This document shows, piece by piece, positions 1 to 10,092 of a DNA stretch of 32,000 bases; the stretch's first letter is position 1; every line of letters begins with the position of its first letter. A program made the position numbers and the translations under genes. This DNA is from Methylophaga frappieri (GTDB lineage Bacteria; Pseudomonadota; Gammaproteobacteria; Nitrosococcales; Methylophagaceae): assembly GCF_000260965.1 (NCBI RefSeq), contig NC_017856.1, positions 2,490,001-2,522,000 on the forward strand, given 5' to 3'. Below the pieces are notes generated by a model, which saw only the letters and a program-made list of their open reading frames with translations, was not told where the DNA came from and ran no database searches.

Positions 1-1346
1 AAGCACGCCGCAGTGACGCTGCCCGCCTCTTTGCCACCAATGTTGGCAATGTCGGCAAAATTACTGTCTAACTGTTTTTGGTAGTCATCCCATAAGGGTA
101 ATTGCCAGACTCGGTCGTGGCTTTCCAGGCCTGCTGCAATCAACGTATCGGCAAAGTTCTGATCATTACTCATCAGGCCTGTGGCATTGCTGCCTAGCGC
201 CACAATGATGGCACCAGTCAGCGTGGCGATATCGATGACAGTCGCGGGGTCAAACCGTTCACTATAAGTTAGCGCATCACAGAGAATGAGGCGGCCTTCG
301 GCATCGGTGTTAAGAATCTCAATGGTTTGTCCTGACATGCTGGTGACAACATCACCCGGTTTATTCGCATCGCCATCAGGCAAGTTTTCGGAGCTTGGCA
401 CAACACCGATGACGTTGATGGGTAGCTGTAATTCTGCCACGGCTTGCAGTGTGCCAATAACACTGGCGGCGCCGCACATGTCGTATTTCATTTCATCCAT
501 GCCCGGCGCAGGTTTTAAGGAAATACCACCTGCATCGAATGTCAGGCCCTTACCAACCAGCACATAAGGTTTGCTATTGCCACCGCCACCATAATTCAGG
601 GTGATCAACTTGGCGGGTTGACGGCTGCCTCGGGAAACAGAGAGTAAGGAACCCATACCCAACTCAGCCATATCGGCTTCTTCGAGCACGTCGACGACCA
701 GGTTGTTGTATTTTTCACCTAAGTCTAATGCTTGGTTGGCCAGGTAAGTTGGTGTGCAGACATTACCGGGCAAATTCCCCAACTCGCGGGCGAGATTCAT
801 GCCATGGCCAATTGCCGCGCCAGTTTGACAGGCGGATTCTAGTGTTGATGCCTCACTGTCAGTGCTCGGGAAACCCAAATTTTCAAGCGGTTTTTCTACC
901 GGTTTGAATTGGCTTTTGGTTTGATGGTAGTGGTATTGGCTGGTTTCCGTGTTGATGACGGCTTGACGGACTTTCCAATCAGTTTGACGATTGCTGACCG
1001 GGATCTCGGCTAAACAACTCACAGCATGTTGGACTGCACTCGTATTTAACCATCTCGCAACGGCGTTGGTCACCGTATTGTAATCATTTTCAGTGGTTTT
1101 ATTCTGTTCACCAGCGCCCGCTAACAGCACGCGTGGACTTTGCATACCCGTCAAATCTTGTAACAGTAATAGCTGGCCCGGTTTGCCGGTGATATCGCCC
1201 CGCTGATAATACTGACTCAACTTATCTTGGCTTGCTTTATTCAACGCTTCTGCTGACGAACTTAACTGACCATTTTGATAGACGGCTACGACAATGCAGT
1301 CCGTCTGCAGAGCAGTGAGTTCATCACGAGTAACAAAATATTGCAT
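1..1346 (-). CDS. pepA: Leucyl aminopeptidase PepA (C-terminal end runs off the window)
   Basis: My translation of the reverse strand from ATG (rc of 1344-1346) reads MQYFVTRDELTALQTDCIVVAVYQ... then ...VLVGKGLTFDAGGISLKP...NTDAEGRLILCDAL, the M17 peptidase signature. AGGAGA Shine-Dalgarno just upstream. Divergent from lptFG, as in many Proteobacteria. Not in the ORF track because the ORF is open at the window edge. Confidence 0.9.
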   Translation of the reverse strand, partial: MQYFVTRDELTALQTDCIVVAVYQNGQLSSSAEALNKASQDKLSQYYQRGDITGKPGQLLLLQDLTGMQSPRVLLAGAGEQNKTTENDYNTVTNAVARWLNTSAVQHAVSCLAEIPVSNRQTDWKVRQAVINTETSQYHYHQTKSQFKPVEKPLENLGFPSTDSEASTLESACQTGAAIGHGMNLARELGNLPGNVCTPTYLANQALDLGEKYNNLVVDVLEEADMAELGMGSLLSVSRGSRQPAKLITLNYGGGGNSKPYVLVGKGLTFDAGGISLKPAPGMDEMKYDMCGAASVIGTLQAVAELQLPINVIGVVPSSENLPDGDANKPGDVVTSMSGQTIEILNTDAEGRLILCDALTYSERFDPATVIDIATLTGAIIVALGSNATGLMSNDQNFADTLIAAGLESHDRVWQLPLWDDYQKQLDSNFADIANIGGKEAGSVTAAC

Positions 1347-1431
1347 GCATTTCTCCTGTGGCTGTAGATGGTTTAGACTGCGCTTTTGCCAGCCGCCTTG
1401 TGATAACTATTCTAACCAAGACCTGCCGATA

Positions 1432-2562
1432 ATGCCCACGCTTAGAAAATTATTTTCTCAACAGTTCGGTTTAATAGACCGTTATATGCTGCGCGAGTTT
1501 AGTCTTAACCTGCTGGCTGTGGTTGGTGTGTTATGGCTGATATATGTTGCCACCCGATTTGCCCGTTATCTTGCTGATGCGGCGGTTGGTAATTTACCCG
1601 CGGAAGTCATTTTTAATTTGCTTTGGTTGAACTCAATGGGCGCCTTATCGGTGCTGTTACCGATAGCCGTATTTCTTTCCGTGTTGCTGGGGCTGGGCAG
1701 AATGAGTGCGGACAATGAACTGACAGTGATCGCGGCTTGTGGCATCGCGGGGAATCGCATTCGGCGCAATGTACTTATCTTTACCGGAATCATGGGAATT
1801 GTGATTGCGTTGTTATCACTGTGGATCGTGCCTGATGTTCTGGCGGGACGCTATCAGCTTGAGCAGCGAGCCAAGGTGACAGCCGATACGACGGGGCTGG
1901 TTGCGGGGAGTTTCAAAGAGAGTCAGGCGGGGGACTGGACGTTCTATTCTCAAGGCCTGAGCGCGGATAGAACACACATGGAAAATGTGTTTATCGAAAT
2001 TCAACGTGAACCCAAACCATTAATTTTTCGCGCGGCCCGTGGCCACTTTGATGTCGAGCCTTCAAGCGGTGATAAATACTTAGTTTTGGAAGAAGGTTAC
2101 CGGTATGAGGGCAAAGCTGGCGATCTAGATTTTACTATTGCCGAGTATGCCACCCATAGTTTGTTGGTTGAGCAAGGTGGTCAGCAGCAATATCGTGAAA
2201 AAGTAAAAGCAACGGCAACCGCGGTTTTATGGCAGCGCGGTAACCTTGAAGATTTGGCAGAAGTACAATGGCGAATCAGTAGCGCGCTGATGACGGTAAT
2301 TTTGGGGCTGCTGGCCATGACACTGGCGCACGCCGGGCCAAGACAAGGTCGGTATGCTGGCTTATTCCCTGCAATTTTAATTTATATCGTATACAGCAAT
2401 CTACTGGGCGTCAGCCGTGCCTGGGTTGAAAAAGGTGATTTAGTCCCTTGGTTAGGACAAATTTGGGTGCATCTCATTATGTTGGGTCTTTGGTGGTTGT
2501 TGGTGAATCGCTATCAACTTCGGCATTACCTGAGCATACAACGTCAAGCACAGGGTCAATGA
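1432..2562 (+). CDS. lptF: LPS export ABC transporter permease LptF
   Basis: YjgP/YjgQ-type permease. The N-terminus (..IDRYMLREFSLNLLAVVGVLWLIYV) matches the usual LptF start (MIxxRYLxRE). Followed at 1 nt by its paralogue lptG. The track ORF starts at 1294, but that extension overlaps the pepA start, so I use ATG 1432. The true start is uncertain (weak RBS). Confidence 0.85.
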   Translation: MPTLRKLFSQQFGLIDRYMLREFSLNLLAVVGVLWLIYVATRFARYLADAAVGNLPAEVIFNLLWLNSMGALSVLLPIAVFLSVLLGLGRMSADNELTVIAACGIAGNRIRRNVLIFTGIMGIVIALLSLWIVPDVLAGRYQLEQRAKVTADTTGLVAGSFKESQAGDWTFYSQGLSADRTHMENVFIEIQREPKPLIFRAARGHFDVEPSSGDKYLVLEEGYRYEGKAGDLDFTIAEYATHSLLVEQGGQQQYREKVKATATAVLWQRGNLEDLAEVQWRISSALMTVILGLLAMTLAHAGPRQGRYAGLFPAILIYIVYSNLLGVSRAWVEKGDLVPWLGQIWVHLIMLGLWWLLVNRYQLRHYLSIQRQAQGQ

Positions 2563-2563
2563 G

Positions 2564-3625
2564 ATGATTCTGCACCGCTACATTGCTAAAACCATTTTAA
2601 GCAGTACTTTTCTGGTGCTGTTAGTGCTGTTGGCCTTATACAGTTTTATTGACTTTATCACTGAATTGGATGATCTCGGTGAGGGCAACTACGGCTTGTC
2701 GAAGATTTTCATGTACATACTGCTGACCATGCCTGAACGTATCTATGCGCTGATTCCGGTTGCCGCCTTGTTGGGCAGTGTACTGGGCCTGGGTACGCTG
2801 GCAACTCAAAGTGAACTCACCGCAATGCGAGCAGCGGGCATCTCAGTCGGGTTTATTAACCGTGCTGTCATGCTAGTCGCACTGATTTTATTAATGGCAG
2901 CTTTGTTTGTTGGAGAAGTGTTAAGGCCTGTTGCTGAGCAACAAGCATTATCCATACAAAATGCGGCGAAAACAGGCACTGAAGGCCACCAATCGGAATA
3001 CGGCTTCTGGACACGAGATGGTAATCACTTTAATCATATTGAACGTATTGGCGAAGATGGTCAGTTTGAAGGCATCAAAATTTACGAATTTGATGATAAT
3101 AACCAACTGCGCGTTGTTACCCGTGCTGCCAGTGGCCGCTATGTGAATGAGCGCTGGGTGTTAAATAACGTTGTGCAAAGTTATCTGGACACGGATGGGG
3201 TTGAAGTCCGATCGGTTGCTCATGCCCGTTGGCACTCACAGCTTAATCCGGGGATGTTGAATGTGGTCATTGTGCCACCTGCATTTTTGCCGGTTTGGGA
3301 TTTGCTTGAATATATTCACTATTTGCAGCGTAATCATCAATCCGTTAACCAGTACCAGCTGGCATTCTGGAGTAAACTGATGATGCCGCTCAGTGCTGTT
3401 GTCATGGTCTTTTTGGCGATTCCTTTTATTTTTGGACCATTACGCAGCTCACCCGTTGGCACCCGAATTTTAGCGGGAACCCTGACCGGGATTGGCTTTC
3501 ATTTATTCAATCAAAGCTTTCAACATTTAGGTCTGGTATTTGGCATTCTGCCATGGCTGGCCGCGTCTCTGCCGACACTGATGTTCGCGATTATTGGTTT
3601 TGTGATGATGCGTCGTGTGAATTAA
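2564..3625 (+). CDS. lptG: LPS export ABC transporter permease LptG
   Basis: MILHRYIAKTIL... N-terminus. TM segments flank a central periplasmic domain. Paralogous to and tightly coupled with lptF (stop 2560-2562, ATG 2564). Confidence 0.9.
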   Translation: MILHRYIAKTILSSTFLVLLVLLALYSFIDFITELDDLGEGNYGLSKIFMYILLTMPERIYALIPVAALLGSVLGLGTLATQSELTAMRAAGISVGFINRAVMLVALILLMAALFVGEVLRPVAEQQALSIQNAAKTGTEGHQSEYGFWTRDGNHFNHIERIGEDGQFEGIKIYEFDDNNQLRVVTRAASGRYVNERWVLNNVVQSYLDTDGVEVRSVAHARWHSQLNPGMLNVVIVPPAFLPVWDLLEYIHYLQRNHQSVNQYQLAFWSKLMMPLSAVVMVFLAIPFIFGPLRSSPVGTRILAGTLTGIGFHLFNQSFQHLGLVFGILPWLAASLPTLMFAIIGFVMMRRVN

Positions 3626-3698
3626 TTCGCAATCAGGGCAACAAAGCAGTGTTTTTGCTATTCAGTAAATCAACAGCTTACAGGTAAAATTCAGGCAT

Positions 3699-3734
3699 AA
3701 AAAAAGCACTTGCGATTAGGCGAAGTGCTTTTTT
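3699..3734. terminator. Bidirectional Rho-independent terminator (lptG on + strand, tRNA-Ala/Glu transcript on - strand)
   Basis: A7 run, stem GCACTT...AAGTGC (3706-3711 / 3723-3728), then a T6 run. The flanks are symmetric, so it can act in both directions. Confidence 0.6.
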
Positions 3735-3739
3735 ATATA

Positions 3740-3815
3740 TGGCGTCCCCAAGGGGATTCGAACCCCTGTTACCGCCGTGAAAGGGCGGTGTCCTAGGCCT
3801 CTAGACGATGGGGAC
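3740..3815 (-). tRNA. tRNA-Glu (anticodon UUC)
   Basis: The reverse complement reads GTCCCCATCGTCTAGAGGCCTAGGACACCGCCCTTTCACGGCGGTAACAGGGGTTCGAATCCCCTTGGGGACGCCA. Full cloverleaf, anticodon loop CTTTCAC, encoded CCA, 76 nt. Confidence 0.95.
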
Positions 3816-3836
3816 CTAAAACGTTTCTTTCGGTTT

Positions 3837-3912
<76 letters not shown>

Positions 3913-3927
3913 CGAAAGGAAGCGCAT

Positions 3928-3956
3928 ATCTTAGGGACTACCGTACGCAGTGTCAA
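3928..3956 (-). promoter_or_regulatory. Putative sigma70 promoter of the tRNA-Ala/tRNA-Glu transcript
   Basis: The minus strand reads TTGACA (rc of 3951-3956), a 17-nt spacer, then TAAGAT (rc of 3928-3933), followed by a GC-rich discriminator (ATGCGC). An A/T-rich UP-like stretch (AATTTTTTTTGTCATATTTTG) lies upstream. It sits about 15 nt before the tRNA-Ala 5' end. Confidence 0.55.
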
Positions 3957-4174
3957 CAAAATATGACAAAAAAAATTCTGATGGCTGTGGTGGTCGACGG
4001 TGATGACAAATATGTTGTTTTGATGGTTTTCATTAAGTTGTTGATGTGTCGTATGAATTCTTTATTAGTTGCTTGGGTATTTGATGAAAAGGCGTGATTA
4101 TGCGATAAATTAGGCCTGAATTTCTGGTTCTAAAAGATGCCGTTTCGGCTTGTATTCGCAGCTCGGGGATGTTC

Positions 4175-6439
4175 ATGCGCAAATTGATATTACTTTCAGC
4201 CGGCATTTTTGCCAGTTATAGCCCTCTGGCCGCCGCTTTTGACCGTAATATCCTGCCTGCCCGTTGTGATGTCCTAGATGCCGATATGTTTATGCCACAA
4301 TCGCTAATCGCACCGGCAGAGAGTGAGGTTAATGTGGATGCCGATGATGCCCAGTTTGTTGAACAAGGGACGTCGGTTTTTACCGGTAATGTCGAAGTAA
4401 GTCGCGGTAATCAGCAGCTGAATGCCAATCGTGCTACTTATAATCATTTATACCAAGAAGTGACAGCGCAAGGTGACGTCACACTTCGAGATAGCGAAAT
4501 CAAGGTGAGTGCTGACCAGGCTGAATGGTCATTACAAGAAGATCAGGGCGCTATGATCGATGCTGATTATTTACTGCGTCAACAAAATGCTCGGGGTGAA
4601 GCCAGCCATGTTTTCCGGCAAGGAGTGCGCCGTACTTTATTAAAAAATGCCAGTTACACCACCTGTACTGAAGAGGATGAATTCTGGGTTCTGGAAGCCG
4701 ATAACGTTGATTTGGATCATGATGAGGCTGTCGGCCGTGCCCGGGATGTTGTTCTTCGCATGGGTGGCTTGCCGGTATTTTATACACCGTATATTAGTTT
4801 TCCTTTGAATGACGAACGTAAATCAGGCTTTTTAGTCCCTTCAATTGGGAATAGTGACGAAACCGGTTTTGATGTCAGTACACCGTATTATTGGAATATT
4901 GCACCAAACCAGGATGCAACTCTGACACCACGCTATATGTCCGATAGGGGCATGATGCTTAATGCGGAATATCGTTATTTAACCAGCAATAATCAGGGGC
5001 TTTTTGATGTTGGCTATTTAGGAAGTGATAATTTACGTCGTGATGGTGAAGTAACGAATCCCTATTATCAGGAAGATAGAAAACATTTTACCTGGCAACA
5101 GCAGGGTCGATTCAGTGATCGCTGGTCAAATTACATTGATTACAACTACACGTCCGATAGAAATTATCTTGAAGATTTTAGTGGCAATCTCAGTCTCAGC
5201 AGTACGACCCATCTGCGCCGTTTAGCTCAGGTAAATTATCATGGTGATATTTGGCGCTTTGCCGCCCGCGCACAAGGCTATCAGACCTTGTTTTTGGATG
5301 TGGAAGAGCCTTATCAGATGTTGCCACAACTGACGCTTCGCGGTTTTTTACCTGATCAGGCATTAGGCTTGACCTATGAGCTTGATACCGAATTCACCGC
5401 TTTTGATAGTGATGATCGGGTGACTGGGCAGCGCTTTGACTTTGAACCCGCTATCAGCTTGCCATGGGGTAACGCTGGGGCGTTTATGACACCGCGAGTT
5501 GCGGTAAAACAAAGTTATTACAATTTAGATAATGTGGATCGCCAGCCAGCTTACCAAGAAGAAAATATTAGTCGTACGGTGCCTATTGTCAGTCTGGATA
5601 GTGGCCTGGTTTTTGAGCGACCGTTAACTTTCGCAAATAAAGGCTATATTCAAACCTTAGAACCGCGTGCTTTCTATTTATATATTCCTGAACGCAATCA
5701 AGACGATATTCCGTTGTTTGATACGACGATGCGAACGTTCACGATGGGCAGTTTGTTTAGTCACGATCGCTTTACTGGTCCCGATCGCGTGGGGGATGCC
5801 AATCAATTGTCGTTGGCGTTGACTAGCCGAATTATTGATGCAACGACGGGTCGTCAGAAATTTGCTTTGACCTTGGGACAAATCCAATATTTTTCTGATC
5901 GCGATGTTGGCTTGCAGACGAATCAACGACGTGATGACCGCAGCGATTCGGATTACATCGCTGAAGTCATTGCAGAGATCACCAAAAATTGGACTGCCTC
6001 CGGGCAAATTCAGTGGAATCCAGATGCTGATGAAACGACGTTGTCTTCGGTGCAACTGCGTTACCGTGGCGATAATGGCGCGATATTTAATATCGGCCAT
6101 CGTTATCGGAGAGAGGGCGAACTGGATACGGCCTACAGTAATATAATCGGTCTTGAGCAGGTTGATATTTCAGCCAGCCTGCCAATCAATGATACCTGGA
6201 GTGTCATTGGTCGTTACTATCGCTCACTGGATGATCAGCGAACCTTGGAAACCTTGGCTGGCGTTCAATACAACAGTTGTTGTTGGGCGACCCGTTTTGT
6301 ATTCCGTGACTATATCAACGACATTAATAGTGATGATCGCAATACGGCATTTTTTATTGAAATACAGCTTAAAGGGCTAGGTAGCTTTGGTAACAGCACT
6401 GACTCATTGCTGCAGGAAAGCATAATCGGCTACGAATAA
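4175..6439 (+). CDS. lptD: LPS assembly outer-membrane protein LptD (Imp/OstA)
   Basis: Signal peptide MRKLILLSAGIFASYSPLAAA. OstA-type N-terminal domain, then a large beta-barrel region rich in Y/N/D/R. It heads the conserved lptD-surA-pdxA-rsmA cluster. The track ORF begins at 4169, but ATG 4175 has better spacing from GGGGA. Confidence 0.9.
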   Translation: MRKLILLSAGIFASYSPLAAAFDRNILPARCDVLDADMFMPQSLIAPAESEVNVDADDAQFVEQGTSVFTGNVEVSRGNQQLNANRATYNHLYQEVTAQGDVTLRDSEIKVSADQAEWSLQEDQGAMIDADYLLRQQNARGEASHVFRQGVRRTLLKNASYTTCTEEDEFWVLEADNVDLDHDEAVGRARDVVLRMGGLPVFYTPYISFPLNDERKSGFLVPSIGNSDETGFDVSTPYYWNIAPNQDATLTPRYMSDRGMMLNAEYRYLTSNNQGLFDVGYLGSDNLRRDGEVTNPYYQEDRKHFTWQQQGRFSDRWSNYIDYNYTSDRNYLEDFSGNLSLSSTTHLRRLAQVNYHGDIWRFAARAQGYQTLFLDVEEPYQMLPQLTLRGFLPDQALGLTYELDTEFTAFDSDDRVTGQRFDFEPAISLPWGNAGAFMTPRVAVKQSYYNLDNVDRQPAYQEENISRTVPIVSLDSGLVFERPLTFANKGYIQTLEPRAFYLYIPERNQDDIPLFDTTMRTFTMGSLFSHDRFTGPDRVGDANQLSLALTSRIIDATTGRQKFALTLGQIQYFSDRDVGLQTNQRRDDRSDSDYIAEVIAEITKNWTASGQIQWNPDADETTLSSVQLRYRGDNGAIFNIGHRYRREGELDTAYSNIIGLEQVDISASLPINDTWSVIGRYYRSLDDQRTLETLAGVQYNSCCWATRFVFRDYINDINSDDRNTAFFIEIQLKGLGSFGNSTDSLLQESIIGYE

Positions 6440-6546
6440 TCGTAACTTTCGGTATCATAGCTAAATCTCAAACAGCAGGCGATGCAGACATGCAATTTAT
6501 CGAGTCTGTGGCATCAGCCATCTGAAAACGAGGAAATAGATTTTTC

Positions 6547-7812
6547 ATGATTAAGTATCTAATTGCTGGGTTGTTGCTAACCGGGTCGGTTTTGGCAGCA
6601 CCACTGGACAGAATTGTCGCCGTCGTCAACGATGATGTTGTCCTGGAAAGCGAGCTACAGGAAGCAATTCAAACGGTTCGACAGCAGATCCGCCAACGCG
6701 ATGGCGCAATGCCGCCACCAGAAATTCTTCGACGTCAGGTCTTGGAAAGAGTGATCATGCAGCAGGTTCAGCTACAGCGTGCTGAACAGAATGGTATTCG
6801 CGTTTCGGATGATGCGCTGAATGCCGCGCTGATGCAGATCGCGCAGAATAATAATTTGTCCTTGCGCGAGTTTCGCGATGTGCTGGAATCGGATGGTTTC
6901 GATTTTGCTGATTTTCGTGACAGCATTCGAGAGGAAATGATCGTATCCCGGTTACGTAAAGCGCAGGTTGAAGACGGTATTGTGGTGTCAGACCGTGAAA
7001 TTGAAAACTTTTTGGCGACGCAGTCTTTGCAAGGTAATACCGAAGCGTCTTTCCGGCTACAGCATATTTTAATCAGTTTGCCGGAGCCGGCATCACCCGA
7101 ACAGGTGCAGGCCGCTGAGGTGCGACTGGAATCAGTGCAGACCTTGTTGGCTGATGGTGCTGAATTTTCTGAAGTAGCGGCGGGTTATTCTGATGGGCAA
7201 AATGCGCTTGAAGGTGGCGAATTAGGCTGGCGTAAGCAAGGCGAATTACCGTCACTGTTTGCAGCCGTGGTACCGACTCTGGCTGAAGGTGAAATCAGTC
7301 AGGTCTTGCGCAGTGGCAGCGGTTTTCACTTGGTTCGTGTTGCCGAGAAAAAGTCTGAAGAAACGCATCTTGTCCGGCAAACCTTGGCGAGTCATATTCT
7401 GATTAAAACCTCAGAACTGGTTACTGATGAAGAAGCGCAGCAACGCTTACAGCAACTACGTGAGCGAATTGTCAATGGGGATGACTTTGCTGAATTGGCA
7501 CGGGCGCACTCAGATGATACCGGCTCAGCGATTGATGGTGGCAGCTTGGGTTGGACGAGCCCTGGAGTCATGGTGCCGGAATTTGAAGAAGAAATGGATG
7601 TTTTGTCGCCTGGTGAATTAAGTGGTGTCTTTCAAAGCCGGTTTGGCTGGCACTTGATTAAAGTGTTTGATCGGCGTGAACAAAATATGGCTGAAGAATT
7701 CAATCGAAATCAGGCGCGTGAACAACTGCGTCAGCGCAAAATTGAAGAAGAACTGGAAAGCTGGTTACGTGCGCTGCGTGACGAAGCTTACGTTGAATAC
7801 CGCGAATCTTAA
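6547..7812 (+). CDS. surA: Periplasmic chaperone / peptidyl-prolyl isomerase SurA
   Basis: Signal peptide, SurA N-domain (DRIVAVVNDDVVLESEL), two parvulin domains (...SGSGFHLVRV... and ...SRFGWHLIKV...). Conserved position after lptD. Confidence 0.9.
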   Translation: MIKYLIAGLLLTGSVLAAPLDRIVAVVNDDVVLESELQEAIQTVRQQIRQRDGAMPPPEILRRQVLERVIMQQVQLQRAEQNGIRVSDDALNAALMQIAQNNNLSLREFRDVLESDGFDFADFRDSIREEMIVSRLRKAQVEDGIVVSDREIENFLATQSLQGNTEASFRLQHILISLPEPASPEQVQAAEVRLESVQTLLADGAEFSEVAAGYSDGQNALEGGELGWRKQGELPSLFAAVVPTLAEGEISQVLRSGSGFHLVRVAEKKSEETHLVRQTLASHILIKTSELVTDEEAQQRLQQLRERIVNGDDFAELARAHSDDTGSAIDGGSLGWTSPGVMVPEFEEEMDVLSPGELSGVFQSRFGWHLIKVFDRREQNMAEEFNRNQAREQLRQRKIEEELESWLRALRDEAYVEYRES

Positions 7813-8807
7813 TGACTGTTCAACGACTGGCGATCACCGCTGGTGAGCCGGCCGGTATTGGCCCGGATCTTGTCGCGATGCTGGCAGCATCTGAACATGC
7901 TAATGAGCTCGTAGTTCTGGCTGATCCTGACTTGGTTGCGCAGCGTGCGGCACAATTAGATCTGGATGTGCAAATCGTGGCAGTTGACTTGTCAATGCCA
8001 GCCACGCCTTCACGTGCCGGTATGATAAAGGTTTTACCGATTCCACTGGCGGCACCGGTGGTGGCCGGACAACTGGATAGGCGTAATGCAGGCTATGTCT
8101 TGACCATGCTGCAACAAGCTGCGTCAGGCTGCTTGCGTGGGGATTTTTCGGCAGTGGTGACGGCACCAGTGCATAAAGGCATTATTAACGATGCGGGCCA
8201 TGCTTTTAGTGGTCATACCGAGTTTTTTGCCGAGGCAGCAGCGGTTTCAAAAGTGGTCATGATGCTGGCCACGCCGTCATTACGTGTTGCTCTGGCAACA
8301 ACACATCTGCCTTTAGCCGCTGTTAGTCAGGCCATTACTTATTCTGAACTGTGTCAGGTAATTGAGATTATTCACCAAGCGATGGTCAGCCAGTTTGGTT
8401 ACTCGTCACCGCGTATTGCCGTATGTGGATTAAATCCACATGCCGGTGAGAATGGGCATCTGGGGCAAGAGGAAATACAGGTTATTACCCCAGCTATTGA
8501 GCAAGCGCAGCGGAGAGGCATCGCAGCGTCTGGACCCTGGCCGGCAGATACGATATTCGTTCAGTCTCGCTTGTCACACTATGATGTGGTCCTGGCGATG
8601 TTTCATGACCAAGGGTTGCCAGTACTTAAACATCAGGGCTTTGGAGATGCTGTGAATATTACGCTCGGCTTACCTTTTATTCGAACCTCTGTTGATCATG
8701 GCACGGCTTTGGATTTAGCCGCAACGGGTAAGGCAGAAGTGTCCAGCCTTCGCGCTGCGGTCAACCTGGCAAGCGAACTTGCTGACAAACAAGACAATCA
8801 GCAATGA
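7812..8807 (+). CDS. pdxA: 4-hydroxythreonine-4-phosphate dehydrogenase PdxA
   Basis: Motifs ITAGEPAGIGPDL, TAPVHKG, GHTEF, GLNPHAGENG and FHDQGL. The start overlaps the surA stop (TAATG). Confidence 0.9.
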   Translation: MTVQRLAITAGEPAGIGPDLVAMLAASEHANELVVLADPDLVAQRAAQLDLDVQIVAVDLSMPATPSRAGMIKVLPIPLAAPVVAGQLDRRNAGYVLTMLQQAASGCLRGDFSAVVTAPVHKGIINDAGHAFSGHTEFFAEAAAVSKVVMMLATPSLRVALATTHLPLAAVSQAITYSELCQVIEIIHQAMVSQFGYSSPRIAVCGLNPHAGENGHLGQEEIQVITPAIEQAQRRGIAASGPWPADTIFVQSRLSHYDVVLAMFHDQGLPVLKHQGFGDAVNITLGLPFIRTSVDHGTALDLAATGKAEVSSLRAAVNLASELADKQDNQQ

Positions 8808-9616
8808 AACCAGCTTACCCGAAAGCCAGGAAACGGTTCGGCCAAAACTTTCTCCAGGATGCAGGCATTATTGACGCTATTATTAGCGCTATTGCACCTG
8901 AGGCAAGTCAGCATTTGGTTGAGATAGGGCCAGGCAGAGGCGCATTGACGGGACCGTTACTCGCATCAGGTGCCCGTCTTGACGTCATTGAGTTAGATCG
9001 GGATTTATTGCCGTTGCTGACAGCGCAATATGAGCAGGAAAGCCAGTTTCGAATCCATCAGGCTGATGCGCTCAAAGTCGATTTTCGGCAATTGCAGCAG
9101 AATGATGAAAAACTGCGCGTTATTGGCAACCTGCCATACAATATTTCAACGCCGATTTTATTTCATTTACTGCAGCATGCCGATATTATCGAAGACATGT
9201 GTTTTATGCTGCAAAAGGAAGTTGTGGAGCGCATTTGTGCAACACCGAGCAGTAAGCAGTACGGTAGATTGTCGGTTATGATTCAGTGTCAGTGCGAAAC
9301 AGCACAACTCTTGTCTGTGCCGCCGGAAGCGTTTGAGCCCGTGCCTAAAGTGCACTCTGCTATTGTTTATTTAAGACCGGCATCACACTTTAATTTAGAT
9401 AACAAGGCACTTGGCGCGTTAAACAAATTGGTCACGCAAGCATTCAGTCAGCGTCGAAAAACAATCGCTAACACACTGAAAAATATAGTTTCCCAAGCTG
9501 TGTTTGAGGCGGCAGGTATTGAGCCATCGCAACGTCCGGAAACGATTTCCGTATCACAGTATGTTCATTTGCAGAAAATCTTGGCGGAGCAGGAGAAAAG
9601 CACACTGACCCCATAA
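8804..9616 (+). CDS. rsmA: 16S rRNA (adenine1518/1519-N6)-dimethyltransferase RsmA/KsgA
   Basis: KRFGQNFL motif, SAM-binding EIGPGRGALT, and NLPYNISTPIL. ATGA overlap with the pdxA stop. Confidence 0.9.
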   Translation: MKPAYPKARKRFGQNFLQDAGIIDAIISAIAPEASQHLVEIGPGRGALTGPLLASGARLDVIELDRDLLPLLTAQYEQESQFRIHQADALKVDFRQLQQNDEKLRVIGNLPYNISTPILFHLLQHADIIEDMCFMLQKEVVERICATPSSKQYGRLSVMIQCQCETAQLLSVPPEAFEPVPKVHSAIVYLRPASHFNLDNKALGALNKLVTQAFSQRRKTIANTLKNIVSQAVFEAAGIEPSQRPETISVSQYVHLQKILAEQEKSTLTP

Positions 9617-9639
9617 ATGGGATGTCCTTTTGGAATGAA

Positions 9640-9668
9640 GGCAACCTGAATCAAGGTTGTCGGTTTTA
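9640..9668 (+). terminator. Putative Rho-independent terminator after rsmA
   Basis: Stem GGCAACCT / AGGTTGTC (one G:U pair), loop GAATCA, then GGTTTTA. Confidence 0.5.
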
Positions 9669-9697
9669 AATTCACCATTTCTGCCAGCTAAGCTGTC

Positions 9698-9726
9698 TTG
9701 ACACACTGATTTTGCTGTAGTTAGAT
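9698..9726 (+). promoter_or_regulatory. Putative sigma70 promoter for hupB-tRNA-Val-tRNA-Asp
   Basis: TTGACA (9698-9703), 17-nt spacer, TTAGAT (9721-9726), about 80 nt upstream of the hupB GTG start. Confidence 0.5.
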
Positions 9727-9808
9727 ACTCACAACCAATACGGCCCGAGGATTAGCGGCTATTGGGACTCGAGGATAAAACGATAGAAACGACATGAGGA
9801 ATTAAGCT

Positions 9809-10081
9809 GTGAATAAATCTGAATTAATCGATGCAGTTGCTGCAGCTGCGGATATCTCCAAGGCAAAAGCTGCTCAAGCTGTTGATGGTATGACAGGCGC
9901 CGTCACAAAGGCATTGAGCAAAGGCGATCAAGTTACTCTGGTTGGTTTTGGTACTTTCTCTGTGCGCGAGCGTGCTGCGCGTACTGGCCGTAATCCCCGC
10001 ACCGGTGAAGAAATCAAAATTGCCGCTGCTAAAATTCCTGCATTTAAGGCTGGCAAAGCACTTAAGGATGCTGTAAACTAG
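9809..10081 (+). CDS. hupB: Nucleoid-associated DNA-binding protein HU (beta-type)
   Basis: 90 aa: [11 protein letters not shown]...[45 protein letters not shown], a textbook HU/IHF fold sequence. GTG start with a GAGGAA RBS. It lies upstream of ppiD, as hupB does in E. coli. Confidence 0.9.
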   Translation: MNKSELIDAVAAAADISKAKAAQAVDGMTGAVTKALSKGDQVTLVGFGTFSVRERAARTGRNPRTGEEIKIAAAKIPAFKAGKALKDAVN

Positions 10082-10092
10082 TCGTTTTTCTT

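Noticed and set aside
1294-1431. 46-codon N-terminal extension of the lptF ORF.
   Set aside because: It overlaps the pepA start codon and RBS on the other strand and is Cys/Arg-rich, unlike any LptF N-terminus. LptF homology begins near residue 60 of the track ORF.
4019-4086. Three TTGATG hexamers upstream of lptD, as possible regulator sites or a promoter.
   Set aside because: The spacing is irregular (22 and 40 bp), the region is A/T-rich so short repeats are expected, and no convincing -10 partner or known operator consensus was found.
3963-4097. 44-codon ORF (MTKKILMAVVVDGDDKYVVL...) in the tRNA/lptD intergenic region.
   Set aside because: It has no Shine-Dalgarno sequence, lies in an A/T-rich promoter region (it overlaps the UP-like element of the tRNA promoter), and has no recognisable motif.
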